64,000 bases of DNA from an uncultured delta proteobacterium (GCA_963772835.1 CAVYYZ010000012.1:128001-192000), one strand, 5' to 3'; counted from the stretch's first letter, positions 1 through 11,355 are shown. Numbers and translations are program-made. Notes: generated from the letters alone by a model not told the origin.

Positions 1-420
1 TGGGGATTTGATGTCCAGAAGGGTGCGCTGGCTGAAACCGGTCAGAGGCTGGCCGAAGCAGAATTGTCAATCAGAGTGACGCTTCTGCACGCGGGACACG
101 AAGAACTGGCCCGGCACGTTTCCGGTCCGGTGCAGGCGGTGCTCTTTAATCTTGGCTACCTCCCCGGCGGCGACCGTACTATTATCACGCGCCCTGAGAC
201 AACCGGCACCGCCCTGGAGCAGGCACTATCTCTTCTTGCACCGGGCGGCATTGTCTTGATGACGGTGTATCCCGGTCATGACGGCGGTTCGGAGGAAAAG
301 GCCATCGTCGAGAGCTGGGCAGCTGGCCTCGATCCACGGTCATATCATTCCTGGCGCATGGGACAGGTTAACGTCACCCCGACTGCACCCTATCTGCTGC
401 TCGTCCAGCGTGTACTCTGA
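1..420 (+). CDS. Class I SAM-dependent methyltransferase, YtqB/MnmM-like (5' truncated by window edge)
   Basis: Frame 1 is open from base 1 (WGFDVQ...). The motifs FNLGYLPGGD and YPGHDGGSEE are typical of the YtqB/MnmM family. Confidence 0.8.
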   Translation, partial: WGFDVQKGALAETGQRLAEAELSIRVTLLHAGHEELARHVSGPVQAVLFNLGYLPGGDRTIITRPETTGTALEQALSLLAPGGIVLMTVYPGHDGGSEEKAIVESWAAGLDPRSYHSWRMGQVNVTPTAPYLLLVQRVL

Positions 421-721
421 CATACTGCCAGCCTGCCCCCCCATTTTGTCACCCTTTCATCGCCGGCCTCTGTGCTGATCTCGCTCTGGTGTACGGCGAT
501 ATATTTTAGTACGAGTAGTCCATCATTTCTCACCTCTCATCTCCAAAAATTTTGATCCTGAGGCCGGTCAAAGCGATGGATGCAGACAGCTAAGACAATT
601 TTCCCGTTCTTCTTCCGGCAGTATGCGGGATAGCTGCAGATCGTCTTTGTCGCGAGAACCGGATGATTCTCCTCAGACTCTTCGTGCTGCCGACATCACC
701 GGAGATTGGTACAAAAAAACA

Positions 722-768
722 TTGACACTCGCCTTGCAAATGAGATAAACGGAATGAACGTTCATTCC
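722..768 (+). promoter_or_regulatory. Sigma70-like promoter plus perfect 18-bp palindromic operator for the TetR gene
   Basis: TTGACA at 722-727, TGn-GATAAA at 741-749, then GGAATGAACGTTCATTCC at 751-768. Confidence 0.7.
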
Positions 769-787
769 TAAATAAAAGGAGCGATGC

Positions 788-1363
788 ATGGCAAAGTTGG
801 AAAAACGTGATGAAATCGTTCGAGCGGCACTGGAGTTGATTGCTGAGCACGGTTTTCACGGAGCCCCCATGGCGATGATCGCCGGGCGCGCCGGAGTCGG
901 CGCCGGGACGATCTACCGTTACTTTGAAAACAAGGATGTCATGATTACCGAACTGTTTCGTGAGCTCGAAGAGCGAAGCCACCCGATTATCAAGGAGGGA
1001 TATGCTTCCGAAAAACCGCATCGAGAGCGTTTTATCCATCTCTGCACCGCCTTGATACATTACTTCATTGAAAACCCGCTTGATTTCCGTTTCATCGAGC
1101 AGTTTTTTAATTCTCCCTACGGCGTGGAACATCGCCGGGACAAACTTCTGGGTACCAAAGAGGGGTGTGATGTTTTCAAGGAACTCTTTGAAGACGGGAT
1201 ATCCCGACAGGTACTGAAGGATCTTCCCATTGTCATTCTCTTTGACCTGGCCTTTGGGCCGATTTTATCCGTGGCCCGGGATCACATACTCGGCTTCATC
1301 GTGCTGGACGACGTTCTACTCGGTCGAACCGTTGAAGCGTGCTGGGATGCGGTAAAGCGATAA
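788..1363 (+). CDS. TetR/AcrR family transcriptional regulator
   Basis: N-terminal HTH IAGRAGVGAGTIYRYFENK; AGGAG RBS; lies directly upstream of an RND operon. Confidence 0.95.
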   Translation: MAKLEKRDEIVRAALELIAEHGFHGAPMAMIAGRAGVGAGTIYRYFENKDVMITELFRELEERSHPIIKEGYASEKPHRERFIHLCTALIHYFIENPLDFRFIEQFFNSPYGVEHRRDKLLGTKEGCDVFKELFEDGISRQVLKDLPIVILFDLAFGPILSVARDHILGFIVLDDVLLGRTVEACWDAVKR

Positions 1364-1430
1364 CAGTATTTAGCATCATAAGAGAGAACATTCGTTTCGT
1401 TGTCATAACTCCAATTCGTCGAGGTATTAC

Positions 1431-2627
1431 ATGCTCCAGTCACTCACAAAAAATTCAGTTCTTATTGCGGCGGCACTTCTCGCCGGCCTGTCATTCACCG
1501 GCTGCAGCAAGCCGAAGTCGGCTCCTCCTCCAAGCGGTCCCCCAGAAGTCGGAATTATCGTGGTCAAGCCGGAGAAGGTTTCCCTTACTACAGAACTTTC
1601 AGGACGGACAGTTCCCCGGATGATTGCCGAGGTACGCCCTCAGGTAAGCGGCATTATCCTGAAACGTCTGTTCACGGAGGGGAGTGATGTTACGGCGGGG
1701 CAGGTCCTCTACCAGATTGATGCTGCTGCTTACGAGGCGGCTTTCGCCAGTGCAAAAGCATCTCAGGCTCGGGTGGAAGCTTCGCTTGTGTCGCTCAGGC
1801 TCACAGAGGGACGTTACAGCGATCTGGTGAAGATCAAGGCGGTCAGCCAACAGGATTATGATAACGCTTCTGCTGTACTGAATCAGGCTGAAGCTGAACT
1901 TGCCTCCGCCAAGGCTGCGGTTGAAACCGCCCGGATCAATGTTGCATACACTAAAGTAAAAGCCCCGATATCAGGCCGTATCGGCAGGTCAAGCGTGACC
2001 ACCGGGGCACTGGTGACCGCTAACCAACCGGCAGCGCTTGCAACAATCCAACAGCTTGACTCCATGTATGTTGATGTCACTCAATCAATTTCCGACCTGC
2101 TCAAGCTGAAGCAGAATCTTGCCAACGGGATTCTGAAAAAGAGCGGTTCGGCACAAGCGCCGGTCAAGCTGCTCCTCGAAGACGGTTCTGCGTATCCGGT
2201 GACCGGAATACTTAAGTTCTCGGAGGTAACGGTTGATCAAAGTACCGGATCCGTTACCCTGCGGGCGGTATTTCCGAATCCAAAGCAAACACTGCTGCCC
2301 GGCATGTTTGTCCGTGCCCTGATCGTGGAAGGGGTAAATGAAGAGGCCATCCTCATCCCGCAGCGCGGTGTAAACCGAAATCAAAAAGGTGATGCCGTGG
2401 TCATGATTGTTGGCACTGGTGAAAAGGCAGAACCGCGGCCTATCAAGGTGGTCAGGACGGTGGGTGACAGCTGGCTGGTCAGCGACGGTTTGAAAGCGGG
2501 GGATCGCGTCATTCTGGAGGGGCTGCAGAAAGCCCGGCCGGGATCCCCGGTCAAAGCGGTACCGTTTGGCAGCACTCCGGCAACGTCGACCACAGCTGCC
2601 CCGCAACCGCCACCAGCCAAAAAATAA
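1431..2627 (+). CDS. acrA: RND efflux periplasmic adaptor (AcrA/MexA family) lipoprotein
   Basis: Lipobox FTGC; motifs AEVRPQVSGII, APISGRIG and LLPGMFVRA. Confidence 0.93.
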   Translation: MLQSLTKNSVLIAAALLAGLSFTGCSKPKSAPPPSGPPEVGIIVVKPEKVSLTTELSGRTVPRMIAEVRPQVSGIILKRLFTEGSDVTAGQVLYQIDAAAYEAAFASAKASQARVEASLVSLRLTEGRYSDLVKIKAVSQQDYDNASAVLNQAEAELASAKAAVETARINVAYTKVKAPISGRIGRSSVTTGALVTANQPAALATIQQLDSMYVDVTQSISDLLKLKQNLANGILKKSGSAQAPVKLLLEDGSAYPVTGILKFSEVTVDQSTGSVTLRAVFPNPKQTLLPGMFVRALIVEGVNEEAILIPQRGVNRNQKGDAVVMIVGTGEKAEPRPIKVVRTVGDSWLVSDGLKAGDRVILEGLQKARPGSPVKAVPFGSTPATSTTAAPQPPPAKK

Positions 2628-2639
2628 AGGAGCCGTACC

Positions 2640-5600
2640 ATGCCTAATTTTTTCATTAATCGCCCGATTTTTGCCTGGGTGATCGCAATCATGGTCATGC
2701 TTGCGGGCCTTCTGTCAATCAAGCAGCTGCCGGTCTCCCAATATCCGGCAATCGCGCCTCCGCAGATCGCCATCAATGCGGTCTATCCTGGAGCCTCGGC
2801 CCAGACTGTGCAGGATACGGTTACCCAGATCATTGAACAGAAGCTCAACGGCATCGACAACCTGATATATATGTCATCCACCAGCGACTCGTCTGGAGCG
2901 GTGTCAATCACCCTGACCTTCAAAGCGGGCACCGATCCGAATATCGCACAGGTTCAGGTGCAGAACAAACTGCAGCTGGCTGTGCCGCTCCTGCCTCAAA
3001 TTGTTCAACGACAGGGGATTTCGGTCGTAAAATCCACCAGAAACTTCCTGCTGATTGTCGGACTGGTATCGGAAGATGGCTCCATGGACCGCAACTCCCT
3101 GACCGACTACATGGTTTCCAATCTTCAGGAGATCATCAGCCGCCTGGAAGGCGTGGGTGAACTGCAACTCTTCGGAACCCAGAACGCCATGCGAATCTGG
3201 GTGAACCCGACTAAACTGAATAACTTCCACTTGACAACCAACGAGGTGATTGCCGCGCTGCAGGCACAAAACGCCCAGGTATCGGCCGGACAGTTCGGCG
3301 GCAACCCCGCGCCGGCGGGGCAGCAGCTGAACGCCACCATCACCGCGCGAACCCTGCTCCAGACACCGGAACAGTTCGACAACATCATTCTGCGCACAGG
3401 CAGCGATGGTTCCACGGTCAGGCTCAAAGATGTCGCTGAAAGCAAGATAGGAACCGAGAACTATGAAATCCAGTCGTACTACAACGGAAAACCGTTGGGC
3501 GGGATGGCAATCCGGCTGGCTTCAGGAGCAAACGCACTGGAAACGGGCAACCGGGTCAAGGCCAAGATGGCAGAGCTGTCGAAATACTTCCCCGCAGGAA
3601 TGAAAGTGGTCTTCCCCTACGACTCCACTCCATTCGTCAAGATATCCATAGAAGAGGTGGTGCACACTCTGATCATAGCAGTGTTCCTCGTCTTCATAAT
3701 CATGTTCCTCTTCCTGCAGAATATACGAGCGACCCTGATTCCCACCATCGCCGTGCCGGTGGTGTTGTTGGGTACCATGGGCGTTCTTTCGGCCTGCGGA
3801 TTCTCTATCAACACCCTGACCATGTTTGCCCTGGTGATCGTCATCGGTCTGCTGGTTGACGACGCAATCGTCGTTGTCGAAAATGTGGAACGGATTATGT
3901 CCGAGGAGGGGCTGTCTCCCCATGACGCCACCGTTAAATCCATGGGACAGATCACCAGTGCCCTGTGGGGCATTGCCACCGTGTTGACGGCGGTCTTTCT
4001 CCCCATGGCCTTTTTCGGCGGCTCCACCGGCGTTATCTACCGGCAGTTTTCGATCACCATCATCTCAGCCATGATCCTATCGGTAATGGTGGCAATGATC
4101 CTGACCCCGGCTCTCTGCGCCACCATCCTCAAACCGGTCGCAAAAGGACATCATGCCGGTGAATCCGGCTGGTTTGCCTGGTTCTTCCGCTACTTCAACC
4201 GGGCCTTTGAATTCTGCCGCCACAACTACGAAGGAATTGTCGGCCGCTCCTTCAACAAACCGCGGCGCTACCTGGTGTTATATGGCGCCATCGTCGCCGC
4301 CATGGTGTTTTTCTTCATGCATCTTCCGACATCATTCCTGCCCGATGAGGATCAGGGATTCATCATCTGTCAGGTCCAGCTGCCGGCCGGGGCGACCCAG
4401 GAACGGACTGTGGGGGTAATACGCCAGTTGGAACAGTATTTTCTTGAAAAAGAGTCCAAAACGGTTGAAGGGGTAATTACCGTAGCCGGGTTCAGTTTTG
4501 CCGGCCGGGGTCAGAACATGGGGTTGGCGTTTGTAAAACTCAAGAACTGGGATCAGCGCACAACCCCGGACCTGAAGTCGAAGGCCATTGCCGGACGGGC
4601 CATGAAGGCTTTCTCGCAGTTCCGTGACGGTTTGGCGTTCGCCTTTTCTCCTCCGGCGGTGCTTGAACTGGGTGTCGCGAACGGCTTCGACTTTCAGCTG
4701 CAGGATCGCAGTGGCCTGGGACATGAAAAACTGATGGAAGCCCGCAATCAAATGCTGGGTATGGCCATGAAGAATAATAAACTGATTGCGGTACGACCAA
4801 ATGGTCAGGACGACTCACCCCAGTTCAAACTGGATATCGATGATGTTCGCGCCGGGGCACTGGGAGTGTCGCTGACGGATATCAACAGCGTCCTTTCCAC
4901 AGCATGGGGAAGTTCCTATGTCAACGACTTTATCCAGAACGGCCGGGTCAAGAAGGTTTACCTCCAGTCGGACCCACGGTTCCGGATGGTACCGGAAGAT
5001 ATCAACAGCTGGCATGTCAGTAGCAAAAATGGTGGGATGGTACCGTTTTCCGCCTTTGCCACCGCACACTGGCAGTACGGCTCACCCCGTCTTGAGCGGT
5101 ACAACGGCATTCCGTCCATGGAAATTCTGGGACAGGCGGCTCCGGGGATAAGCACCGGTGAAGCGATGGCCGAGATGGAAAAGATGGCCGCCCAGCTCCC
5201 GCCGGGGATCGGCTTCGAGTGGACAGGCCTCTCCTACGAAGAACAGCATGCCGGCGCCCAGGCACCGGCACTCTATGCCATCTCGCTGCTGGTGGTGTTT
5301 CTCAGTGTAGCCGCCTTGTACGAGAGCTGGACCATTCCTTTTGTCAATCTACTGATGCTGCCGCTTGGTCTTGTCGGAGCGGTTGTTGCGGTCAAATTAC
5401 GGATGTTGCCAAATGACGTCTATCTCCAAATCGGCCTGCTTACAACCATCGGCCTTTCCACCAAGAATGCCATCCTGATCATCCAGTTCATCAAGGAGCA
5501 GATGCATCAGGGACATGAACTGGTTGAGGCTACCCTGATGGCAGTTAAAATTCGACTCCGCCCGGTTATCATGACTTCTTTGGCGTTTTTCTTCGGCACC

Positions 5601-5807
5601 CTGCCACTGGCGCTGACCAAAGGTGCCGGCGCGGCGGCCCAGAACGCCATCGGCACCGCCGTAACCGGTGGCCTGCTCTCGGCGACTTTCATCGACCTGA
5701 TCTTCATCCCGTTCTTCTTTGTTATGGTTTCTCGACTATTCAAAAAGAAGAGGCTGCGCACGGCAACGGTACAACCAGACTCTACCGCAAACAGGGAGGT
5801 GCATTGA
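2640..5807 (+). CDS. acrB: RND efflux inner-membrane transporter (AcrB/MexB, HAE1)
   Basis: Starts [17 protein letters not shown]; proton-relay motifs [21 protein letters not shown] and RPVIMTS; 1055 aa. Confidence 0.97.
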   Translation: MPNFFINRPIFAWVIAIMVMLAGLLSIKQLPVSQYPAIAPPQIAINAVYPGASAQTVQDTVTQIIEQKLNGIDNLIYMSSTSDSSGAVSITLTFKAGTDPNIAQVQVQNKLQLAVPLLPQIVQRQGISVVKSTRNFLLIVGLVSEDGSMDRNSLTDYMVSNLQEIISRLEGVGELQLFGTQNAMRIWVNPTKLNNFHLTTNEVIAALQAQNAQVSAGQFGGNPAPAGQQLNATITARTLLQTPEQFDNIILRTGSDGSTVRLKDVAESKIGTENYEIQSYYNGKPLGGMAIRLASGANALETGNRVKAKMAELSKYFPAGMKVVFPYDSTPFVKISIEEVVHTLIIAVFLVFIIMFLFLQNIRATLIPTIAVPVVLLGTMGVLSACGFSINTLTMFALVIVIGLLVDDAIVVVENVERIMSEEGLSPHDATVKSMGQITSALWGIATVLTAVFLPMAFFGGSTGVIYRQFSITIISAMILSVMVAMILTPALCATILKPVAKGHHAGESGWFAWFFRYFNRAFEFCRHNYEGIVGRSFNKPRRYLVLYGAIVAAMVFFFMHLPTSFLPDEDQGFIICQVQLPAGATQERTVGVIRQLEQYFLEKESKTVEGVITVAGFSFAGRGQNMGLAFVKLKNWDQRTTPDLKSKAIAGRAMKAFSQFRDGLAFAFSPPAVLELGVANGFDFQLQDRSGLGHEKLMEARNQMLGMAMKNNKLIAVRPNGQDDSPQFKLDIDDVRAGALGVSLTDINSVLSTAWGSSYVNDFIQNGRVKKVYLQSDPRFRMVPEDINSWHVSSKNGGMVPFSAFATAHWQYGSPRLERYNGIPSMEILGQAAPGISTGEAMAEMEKMAAQLPPGIGFEWTGLSYEEQHAGAQAPALYAISLLVVFLSVAALYESWTIPFVNLLMLPLGLVGAVVAVKLRMLPNDVYLQIGLLTTIGLSTKNAILIIQFIKEQMHQGHELVEATLMAVKIRLRPVIMTSLAFFFGTLPLALTKGAGAAAQNAIGTAVTGGLLSATFIDLIFIPFFFVMVSRLFKKKRLRTATVQPDSTANREVH

Positions 5808-5808
5808 T

Positions 5809-7245
5809 ATGAAACATATACGAAACAGCATGACACCCCTCTTTCTTTCTTTGTACGCGTCTCTCCTTCTTGCCGGATGCACGACAATGGCGCCACACTA
5901 TTCCCGGCCTGCTGCCCCGGTTCCGTCAGCCTGGCCAGGTTCACAACTGACCCCGGCAGCGGGCACTCTGCAACCGCAGAAAGCCGTTGCAGATATTCCC
6001 TGGCATGATTTTTTTGTCGATACACAATTACAGGCACTGATCGACCTGGCACTCAGGAACAACCGTGACCTGCGGGTTGCAGCACTTACTATTGAACGTT
6101 TTCAAGCTCTGTACCAGATCCGGAGAGCCGATCTGTTGCCAAAGATCGAAGTCTCTGCCGGAGCCAGTTTCCAGCGGACTCCTGAAACCCTCTCCAGTAC
6201 CGGACAGGCGATAACAACTCACCAATATACCGCAAGCGCCGGGTTGATCTCATACGAGCTGGATCTGTTCGGTCGTGTGCGGAGCCTGAAGGACCAGGCG
6301 CTTGAACAGTATCTGGCAACCGAACAGGCGCGACGCAGTGTACAGATCAGTCTTGTTTCCCAGGTCGCCTCCTCCTGGTTGGCTCTTGCCGCCGACCGCG
6401 AGCGTCTGCAACTTGCAAAAGATACACTGGCAAGTCAAATGGAGTCGTACAAGCTTACCAGAAGCCGTTTTGAAGCGGGGGTTTCTAACGCCCTCGCTCT
6501 CAATCAGGCTCAGGCCACTGTGGATACGGCGCGGGTGGACATAGCCCGCTATACGACCTTGGTTGCCCAGGACGAAAATGCTCTTACTGTCGTGGTTGGT
6601 TCTCAGGTCCCGGCCGCGCTGCTGCCACTGTCACTTTCCGAAGCGCTCACCGCCGTTAAGGATATCGCTCCCGGTCTGCCTTCAGACGTACTGCTGCGTC
6701 GTCCCGACATCCTTCAGGCAGAAGGTCAGCTCAAAGGCTTGAACGCCAATATCGGTGCGGCAAGAGCAGCCTTTTTTCCCAGAATCACTCTGGTGTCGTC
6801 AGTCGGTTTCGGCAGTACCGAACTTTCCGGCCTCTTTAAAGGAGATGCCTTTGCCTGGAGCTTCCTCCCACGAATCTCTCTGCCCATATTCGACGGCGGC
6901 AGCAATAAAGCCAACCTGAAAGTGGCAGAGGTTGATCGCGACATTGCAGTGGCACAGTACGAGAAAGCTATCCAGACCGCCTTTCGGGAAGTGGCAGATG
7001 CCTTTGCTCAAAAAGGGACTATTGATGACCAGCTTGTCGCCCAAAAGTCACTTACCGATGCCACGACTGAAAGTTACCGGCTCTCACTGGCGCGATTTGA
7101 CAAAGGAGTGGACAGCTATCTGCAGGTTCTGGACTCCCAACGCACCCTGTATGGTGCTCAGCAGAACCTCATCAGCACCCGCCTAACCCGGTTGACAAAT
7201 CTGGTGACTTTGTACAAGGTGCTGGGCGGCGGAAATTCTGACTGA
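5809..7245 (+). CDS. RND outer-membrane factor lipoprotein (OprM/NodT family)
   Basis: Lipobox LAGC; motifs [23 protein letters not shown] and [11 protein letters not shown] at 5809 follows a GGAGG RBS. Confidence 0.93.
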   Translation: MKHIRNSMTPLFLSLYASLLLAGCTTMAPHYSRPAAPVPSAWPGSQLTPAAGTLQPQKAVADIPWHDFFVDTQLQALIDLALRNNRDLRVAALTIERFQALYQIRRADLLPKIEVSAGASFQRTPETLSSTGQAITTHQYTASAGLISYELDLFGRVRSLKDQALEQYLATEQARRSVQISLVSQVASSWLALAADRERLQLAKDTLASQMESYKLTRSRFEAGVSNALALNQAQATVDTARVDIARYTTLVAQDENALTVVVGSQVPAALLPLSLSEALTAVKDIAPGLPSDVLLRRPDILQAEGQLKGLNANIGAARAAFFPRITLVSSVGFGSTELSGLFKGDAFAWSFLPRISLPIFDGGSNKANLKVAEVDRDIAVAQYEKAIQTAFREVADAFAQKGTIDDQLVAQKSLTDATTESYRLSLARFDKGVDSYLQVLDSQRTLYGAQQNLISTRLTRLTNLVTLYKVLGGGNSD

Positions 7246-7342
7246 CCTGTAGTACGCTATCGGGAAACAAGTTCACCCTTTGCTTTTTAAAAACAATGAT
7301 GTATAGTTTTTACTCACTTTTCTATGTACGCAAGGGATATTC

Positions 7343-8104
7343 GTGGTTCAGGCGCTTGGACATATAACAATCGGAATTGTGCGCGACCTGGGACGGGCAG
7401 GCTGGTTTCTGCTCTATTCGTTTTACATGATTGTGCGACGACCGGGCAGCATGGTGCACATTCTCAAACAGCTCCGCTTTATCGGAACAAAGTCACTGTT
7501 CGTCATTGTGCTTACAGCCGGCTTCACCGGCATGGTTCTCGGTCTGCAGGGGTATTACACTCTGACCAAGTTCGGTTCCGAGGGGATGCTGGGTACAGCG
7601 GTGGCCCTGTCACTGATTCGTGAGCTCGGGCCGGTACTCGCCGCCCTTATGGTTACCGGCCGGGCGGGCAGCGCCATTACAGCGGAGATCGGTATCATGC
7701 GGATTACCGAGCAGATAGATGCCTTGGAAACTATGGCGCTTGATCCATTCAAATACCTGGTCACCCCGAAGTTTATTGCCGCGATGATATCTCTTCCTCT
7801 GTTATGCGCAATTTTTGATGTTGTCGGCATCTACGGCGGTTGGCTGGTCGGAGTCAAGCTGCTGGGTGTCAACCCCGGCGCTTACTTCTACGAAATGGAA
7901 AAATCGGTTGTCTGGCTTGACGTCTATTCCGGTTTTGTTAAATCCTTTTCTTTTGGCATCATCATCGCGTGGATTGGTTGCTACAAAGGGTACTACGCCG
8001 GTCATGGCGCCGAAGGGGTTTCCAAGGCAACAACCGAGTCGGTTGTACTAACGTCTGTCATAATTCTTGTGTGGGACTACTTCCTCACTTCGGTGCTGCT
8101 CTGA
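7343..8104 (+). CDS. mlaE: MlaE family ABC permease
   Basis: Motifs RELGPVLAALMVTGRAGSAITAEIGIMRITEQIDAL and GAEGVSKATT. Confidence 0.95.
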   Translation: MVQALGHITIGIVRDLGRAGWFLLYSFYMIVRRPGSMVHILKQLRFIGTKSLFVIVLTAGFTGMVLGLQGYYTLTKFGSEGMLGTAVALSLIRELGPVLAALMVTGRAGSAITAEIGIMRITEQIDALETMALDPFKYLVTPKFIAAMISLPLLCAIFDVVGIYGGWLVGVKLLGVNPGAYFYEMEKSVVWLDVYSGFVKSFSFGIIIAWIGCYKGYYAGHGAEGVSKATTESVVLTSVIILVWDYFLTSVLL

Positions 8105-8105
8105 T

Positions 8106-8852
8106 ATGATAACTCTGCGAAATGTACATAAGTCATTCGGCACGCAAAAGGTACTTGACGGACTTGATCTCGATATCCCCGATGGCAAAATAACCGCGAT
8201 TATCGGCCCCAGCGGAGAAGGTAAAAGTGTTCTTTTGAAGCATCTTATCGGCCTGCTTCAACCTGACAGCGGTGCTGTCGAGGTTGATGGAGAAAGTATC
8301 CTTGCCCTGCGCCGCTCAGAATTGAACCGGATCCGCGAAAAATTCGGCATGCTGTTCCAGAATGTAGCGCTCTTTGATTCGATGACGGTATTTGAAAACG
8401 TTGCGTTCCCGCTGCAGGAAAAGACCTCGCTTTCGAAAGAGGAGATCCGGGGCAGAGTGCTCTCGGCTCTGGAAGATGTCGGGCTGAAGAACATTGAAAG
8501 CAAATTTCCGGATGAACTCTCCGGCGGCATGAAAAAACGGGTCGGCCTCGCACGGGCGGTTGTACTCAATCCAAAAATAATTCTGTTCGATGAGCCGACC
8601 ACCGGCCTTGATCCGATCATAAAACGGGCGATCCATCAGCTCATAAAGGATACCCACGCCAAATTCGGCTTTACGGCCGTTATTGTATCGCACGAAATAC
8701 CGGATATTTTTGATGTGGCCCAAAACGTGGCCATGCTGTTCCAGGGCAAAATTCTGCAGTTTGGCACACCTGATGAAATTATAAACTCAACCGACCCGGC
8801 TATCCGCCAGTTCATCAGCGGCAGCCTTGACGGACCGATCCAGATGGTTTAG
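8106..8852 (+). CDS. mlaF: MlaF family ABC ATPase
   Basis: Walker A GPSGEGKS, signature LSGGMKKRVGLARA, Walker B ILFDEPTTGLDP. Confidence 0.93.
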   Translation: MITLRNVHKSFGTQKVLDGLDLDIPDGKITAIIGPSGEGKSVLLKHLIGLLQPDSGAVEVDGESILALRRSELNRIREKFGMLFQNVALFDSMTVFENVAFPLQEKTSLSKEEIRGRVLSALEDVGLKNIESKFPDELSGGMKKRVGLARAVVLNPKIILFDEPTTGLDPIIKRAIHQLIKDTHAKFGFTAVIVSHEIPDIFDVAQNVAMLFQGKILQFGTPDEIINSTDPAIRQFISGSLDGPIQMV

Positions 8853-8873
8853 TACGCATTAACGAGGTAACGA

Positions 8874-9326
8874 ATGAATATGATAAAACTGGAAATGATG
8901 GTAGGCACCTTTATGCTGATAGGCATACTCTGTCTGGGATATGTTTCAATTAAACTGGGCAAAGTTGAATTCGGTGGTGGCGATTTTTACTCCGTTACTG
9001 CACGTTTTAATTCTGTTTCGGGCCTGAAGCCGGGTGCACGGGTTGAGGTGGCCGGTGTCGAGGTCGGGAAGGTTGACCGAATAGAGCTCGATAAAAAAAG
9101 CGGCGATATGGCATTGGCCTATCTTAAAATAAATTCCGGCGTAAAGATCACCGATGATGTCATCGCCTCGGTTCGAACGAGCGGAATAATCGGTGATAAA
9201 TTCATCAAGCTCCGACCGGGGGGATCCGAAATCATGCTGAAGAACAACGACCTGATTCGGGAAACGGAATCCGCCATTGATATCGAAGAACTGGTCAGTA
9301 AATTTATCCATGGCAATGTTCAATAA
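8874..9326 (+). CDS. mlaD: MlaD single MCE-domain protein
   Basis: N-terminal TM helix; SGLKPGARVEVAGVEVGKV and TSGIIGDKFI. Confidence 0.93.
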   Translation: MNMIKLEMMVGTFMLIGILCLGYVSIKLGKVEFGGGDFYSVTARFNSVSGLKPGARVEVAGVEVGKVDRIELDKKSGDMALAYLKINSGVKITDDVIASVRTSGIIGDKFIKLRPGGSEIMLKNNDLIRETESAIDIEELVSKFIHGNVQ

Positions 9327-9350
9327 ACTTTGCTGTATAGGAATATTTCA

Positions 9351-10727
9351 ATGAAATCTTTATTGTGTGCCTGCGTGACATTCTGGGTGCTGTTTGTATC
9401 TGTCTACTCCAGTCTGGCAGCCGACAGTCCGGTTCCTCAAATCAATCTGACCCTTGAAGACTGTATCCAGCTGGCTTTGAAAGCGGCGCCTGAACTGGGC
9501 GAAGCACAGAGCGATATTGATCTGGCTACCAGCAAGCTGAACGAAGCAAAATCATACCGTTTCCCGCAACTGGAACTAAAAACGCTGGCAGGGCCGGCGC
9601 CTACCGCCTACAAGTCCTCTGTCTCACCGATAATCCAGACTGACGAGTCACTTTTCAGCATCAATTCGGTTACCTGGTTTACCAGCGCCGATGCTACCAT
9701 CATCCAGCCTCTCTATACGTTTGGGAAGATCTCCGAAAACATGAAGGCCGCTACCCACGGAATTGAGGTCGATCGATCCCGCAAACAGCAGCGCGCCAAC
9801 GAGATTGTACTAAAAGTTCACGAATACTATAACGGCCTGCTGCTGGCCCGCGAGATGAAAGAGCTGGTACTCGAAGTCGAAGAGATCCTGGTTAAAGCGC
9901 GTGAAAAGGCACAGAAGCTTCTCGATCAGGGATCCGAAACAGTAGATCAGATGGATCTTTATAAACTGGATGCATTTTCGGGAGTTGCAACAAAATATCT
10001 AGAAGAAGCAAAGAAGGGTGAGGCTCTTGCCCTGGCAGCCCTGAGAGCGCGAATGAACCTGCCGGTAGATGCACCTCTGGAAACCGGAAACGAGCGGCTT
10101 GTGATTGTGGACGTCGAAATTTCACCTCTCGAAAAGTATATAGAAAATGCCCGTCTCCGACGCCCTGAATTCCTGCAGATTTCCGAAGGTCTCAAAGCCC
10201 GCTCGGCATTGGTCGAAGCGGCAAAAGCCAACTATTATCCCGATATTTTTCTGGGAGGCCTCGTTTCGTGGGCTTATTCAGATGGTCGTGAACGTATTCA
10301 GAACCCTTATATCAACGACCAGTTCAATCATCTCATTGGCGGTGTTGCCCTCGGTGCCCGATGGAAAATTGATTTCGGTATCACCGGAGCCAAGGTGTCG
10401 AGCGAACGGGCACAGTATAACCGTCTGCTCAGCACCCGTGATTTTGCTGATGTCAACGTACCGCTGCAGGTTGAAAAGTACTATCTTGATCTGATAGAAG
10501 CCAAGAAAAGTGCTACGGCAACACGCAAAGCCTATCTGAACTCCAAGAAATGGCTTGTTACCGCCGTTGCCAACTTTGATTTCGGACTGGGTCCGGCCAA
10601 GGACATTTTCGAAGCGCTTCAGGCTTATTCAAGCATGCGCGCTGATTTTTTCAAATCAATTTACAATTACCGTATTGCAGCAGCCAATCTCGACTATGCT
10701 ACAAACGAGCCTTTACGAACCCCTTAA
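9351..10727 (+). CDS. TolC family outer-membrane protein within the mla operon
   Basis: Signal peptide; LTLEDCIQLAL, QPLYTFGK, RRPE and AKANYYPDI; two-repeat outer-membrane efflux architecture. Confidence 0.8.
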   Translation: MKSLLCACVTFWVLFVSVYSSLAADSPVPQINLTLEDCIQLALKAAPELGEAQSDIDLATSKLNEAKSYRFPQLELKTLAGPAPTAYKSSVSPIIQTDESLFSINSVTWFTSADATIIQPLYTFGKISENMKAATHGIEVDRSRKQQRANEIVLKVHEYYNGLLLAREMKELVLEVEEILVKAREKAQKLLDQGSETVDQMDLYKLDAFSGVATKYLEEAKKGEALALAALRARMNLPVDAPLETGNERLVIVDVEISPLEKYIENARLRRPEFLQISEGLKARSALVEAAKANYYPDIFLGGLVSWAYSDGRERIQNPYINDQFNHLIGGVALGARWKIDFGITGAKVSSERAQYNRLLSTRDFADVNVPLQVEKYYLDLIEAKKSATATRKAYLNSKKWLVTAVANFDFGLGPAKDIFEALQAYSSMRADFFKSIYNYRIAAANLDYATNEPLRTP

Positions 10728-10744
10728 TAATCCGGAGGTAGTGC

Positions 10745-11335
10745 ATGTTGATACGAATCCTGTTAGTACTGACAACATCGATTTTCATGGTTTCGGCGGC
10801 GTATGCAACTCCAACCGAAGATGTTCAAAAGACAGTTGATGAAGTTGTGCGCATTGTAGCGGACAAGGATCTGAAGAAAAATGCACCAAAACGTCGGCAA
10901 GCTCTTAAAAAAGCAATCAGCACCATGTTTGACTACTCTGAAATGGCGAAACGTTCACTTGGAAAACACTGGAACGTCCGTACATCTGCAGAAAAGAAAC
11001 AGTTTTCAGAACTTTTCGCTACCTTGCTTGAAAATTCATATGCCGGAAAGATCGAGTCATATAACAATGAAAAAATTGTGTACATAAAAGAGCTTGTTGA
11101 AGGAGACCATGCGGAAATTAAATCGAAAGTTGTCACCGCGGCTCGCGACGAATTCACACTTGATTACCGGCTGTTTAAACAAAACGGCAAGTGGATGGTA
11201 TACGATGTTGTTATCGAAGGGGTAAGCCTAGTCTCTAACTATCGCAGCCAATTCAACAAAATTATCACTGCCAACGGCTATGACAAGCTTGTCACAAAAC
11301 TGCAAAGCAAAAATGAGGAATTGAAGGCGCCATAA
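10745..11335 (+). CDS. mlaC: MlaC/Ttg2D periplasmic phospholipid-binding protein
   Basis: Motifs FDYSEMAKRSLGKHW and WMVYDVVIEGVSLVSNYRSQF. Confidence 0.93.
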   Translation: MLIRILLVLTTSIFMVSAAYATPTEDVQKTVDEVVRIVADKDLKKNAPKRRQALKKAISTMFDYSEMAKRSLGKHWNVRTSAEKKQFSELFATLLENSYAGKIESYNNEKIVYIKELVEGDHAEIKSKVVTAARDEFTLDYRLFKQNGKWMVYDVVIEGVSLVSNYRSQFNKIITANGYDKLVTKLQSKNEELKAP

Positions 11336-11355
11336 ATTAGTAAGTGTGAATTGTC

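Noticed and set aside
421..720. 300-bp intergenic stretch and minus-strand ORF 590..1132
   Set aside because: The ORF is mostly antisense to tetR, and the frames I translated by hand showed no recognisable gene remnant or RNA motif.
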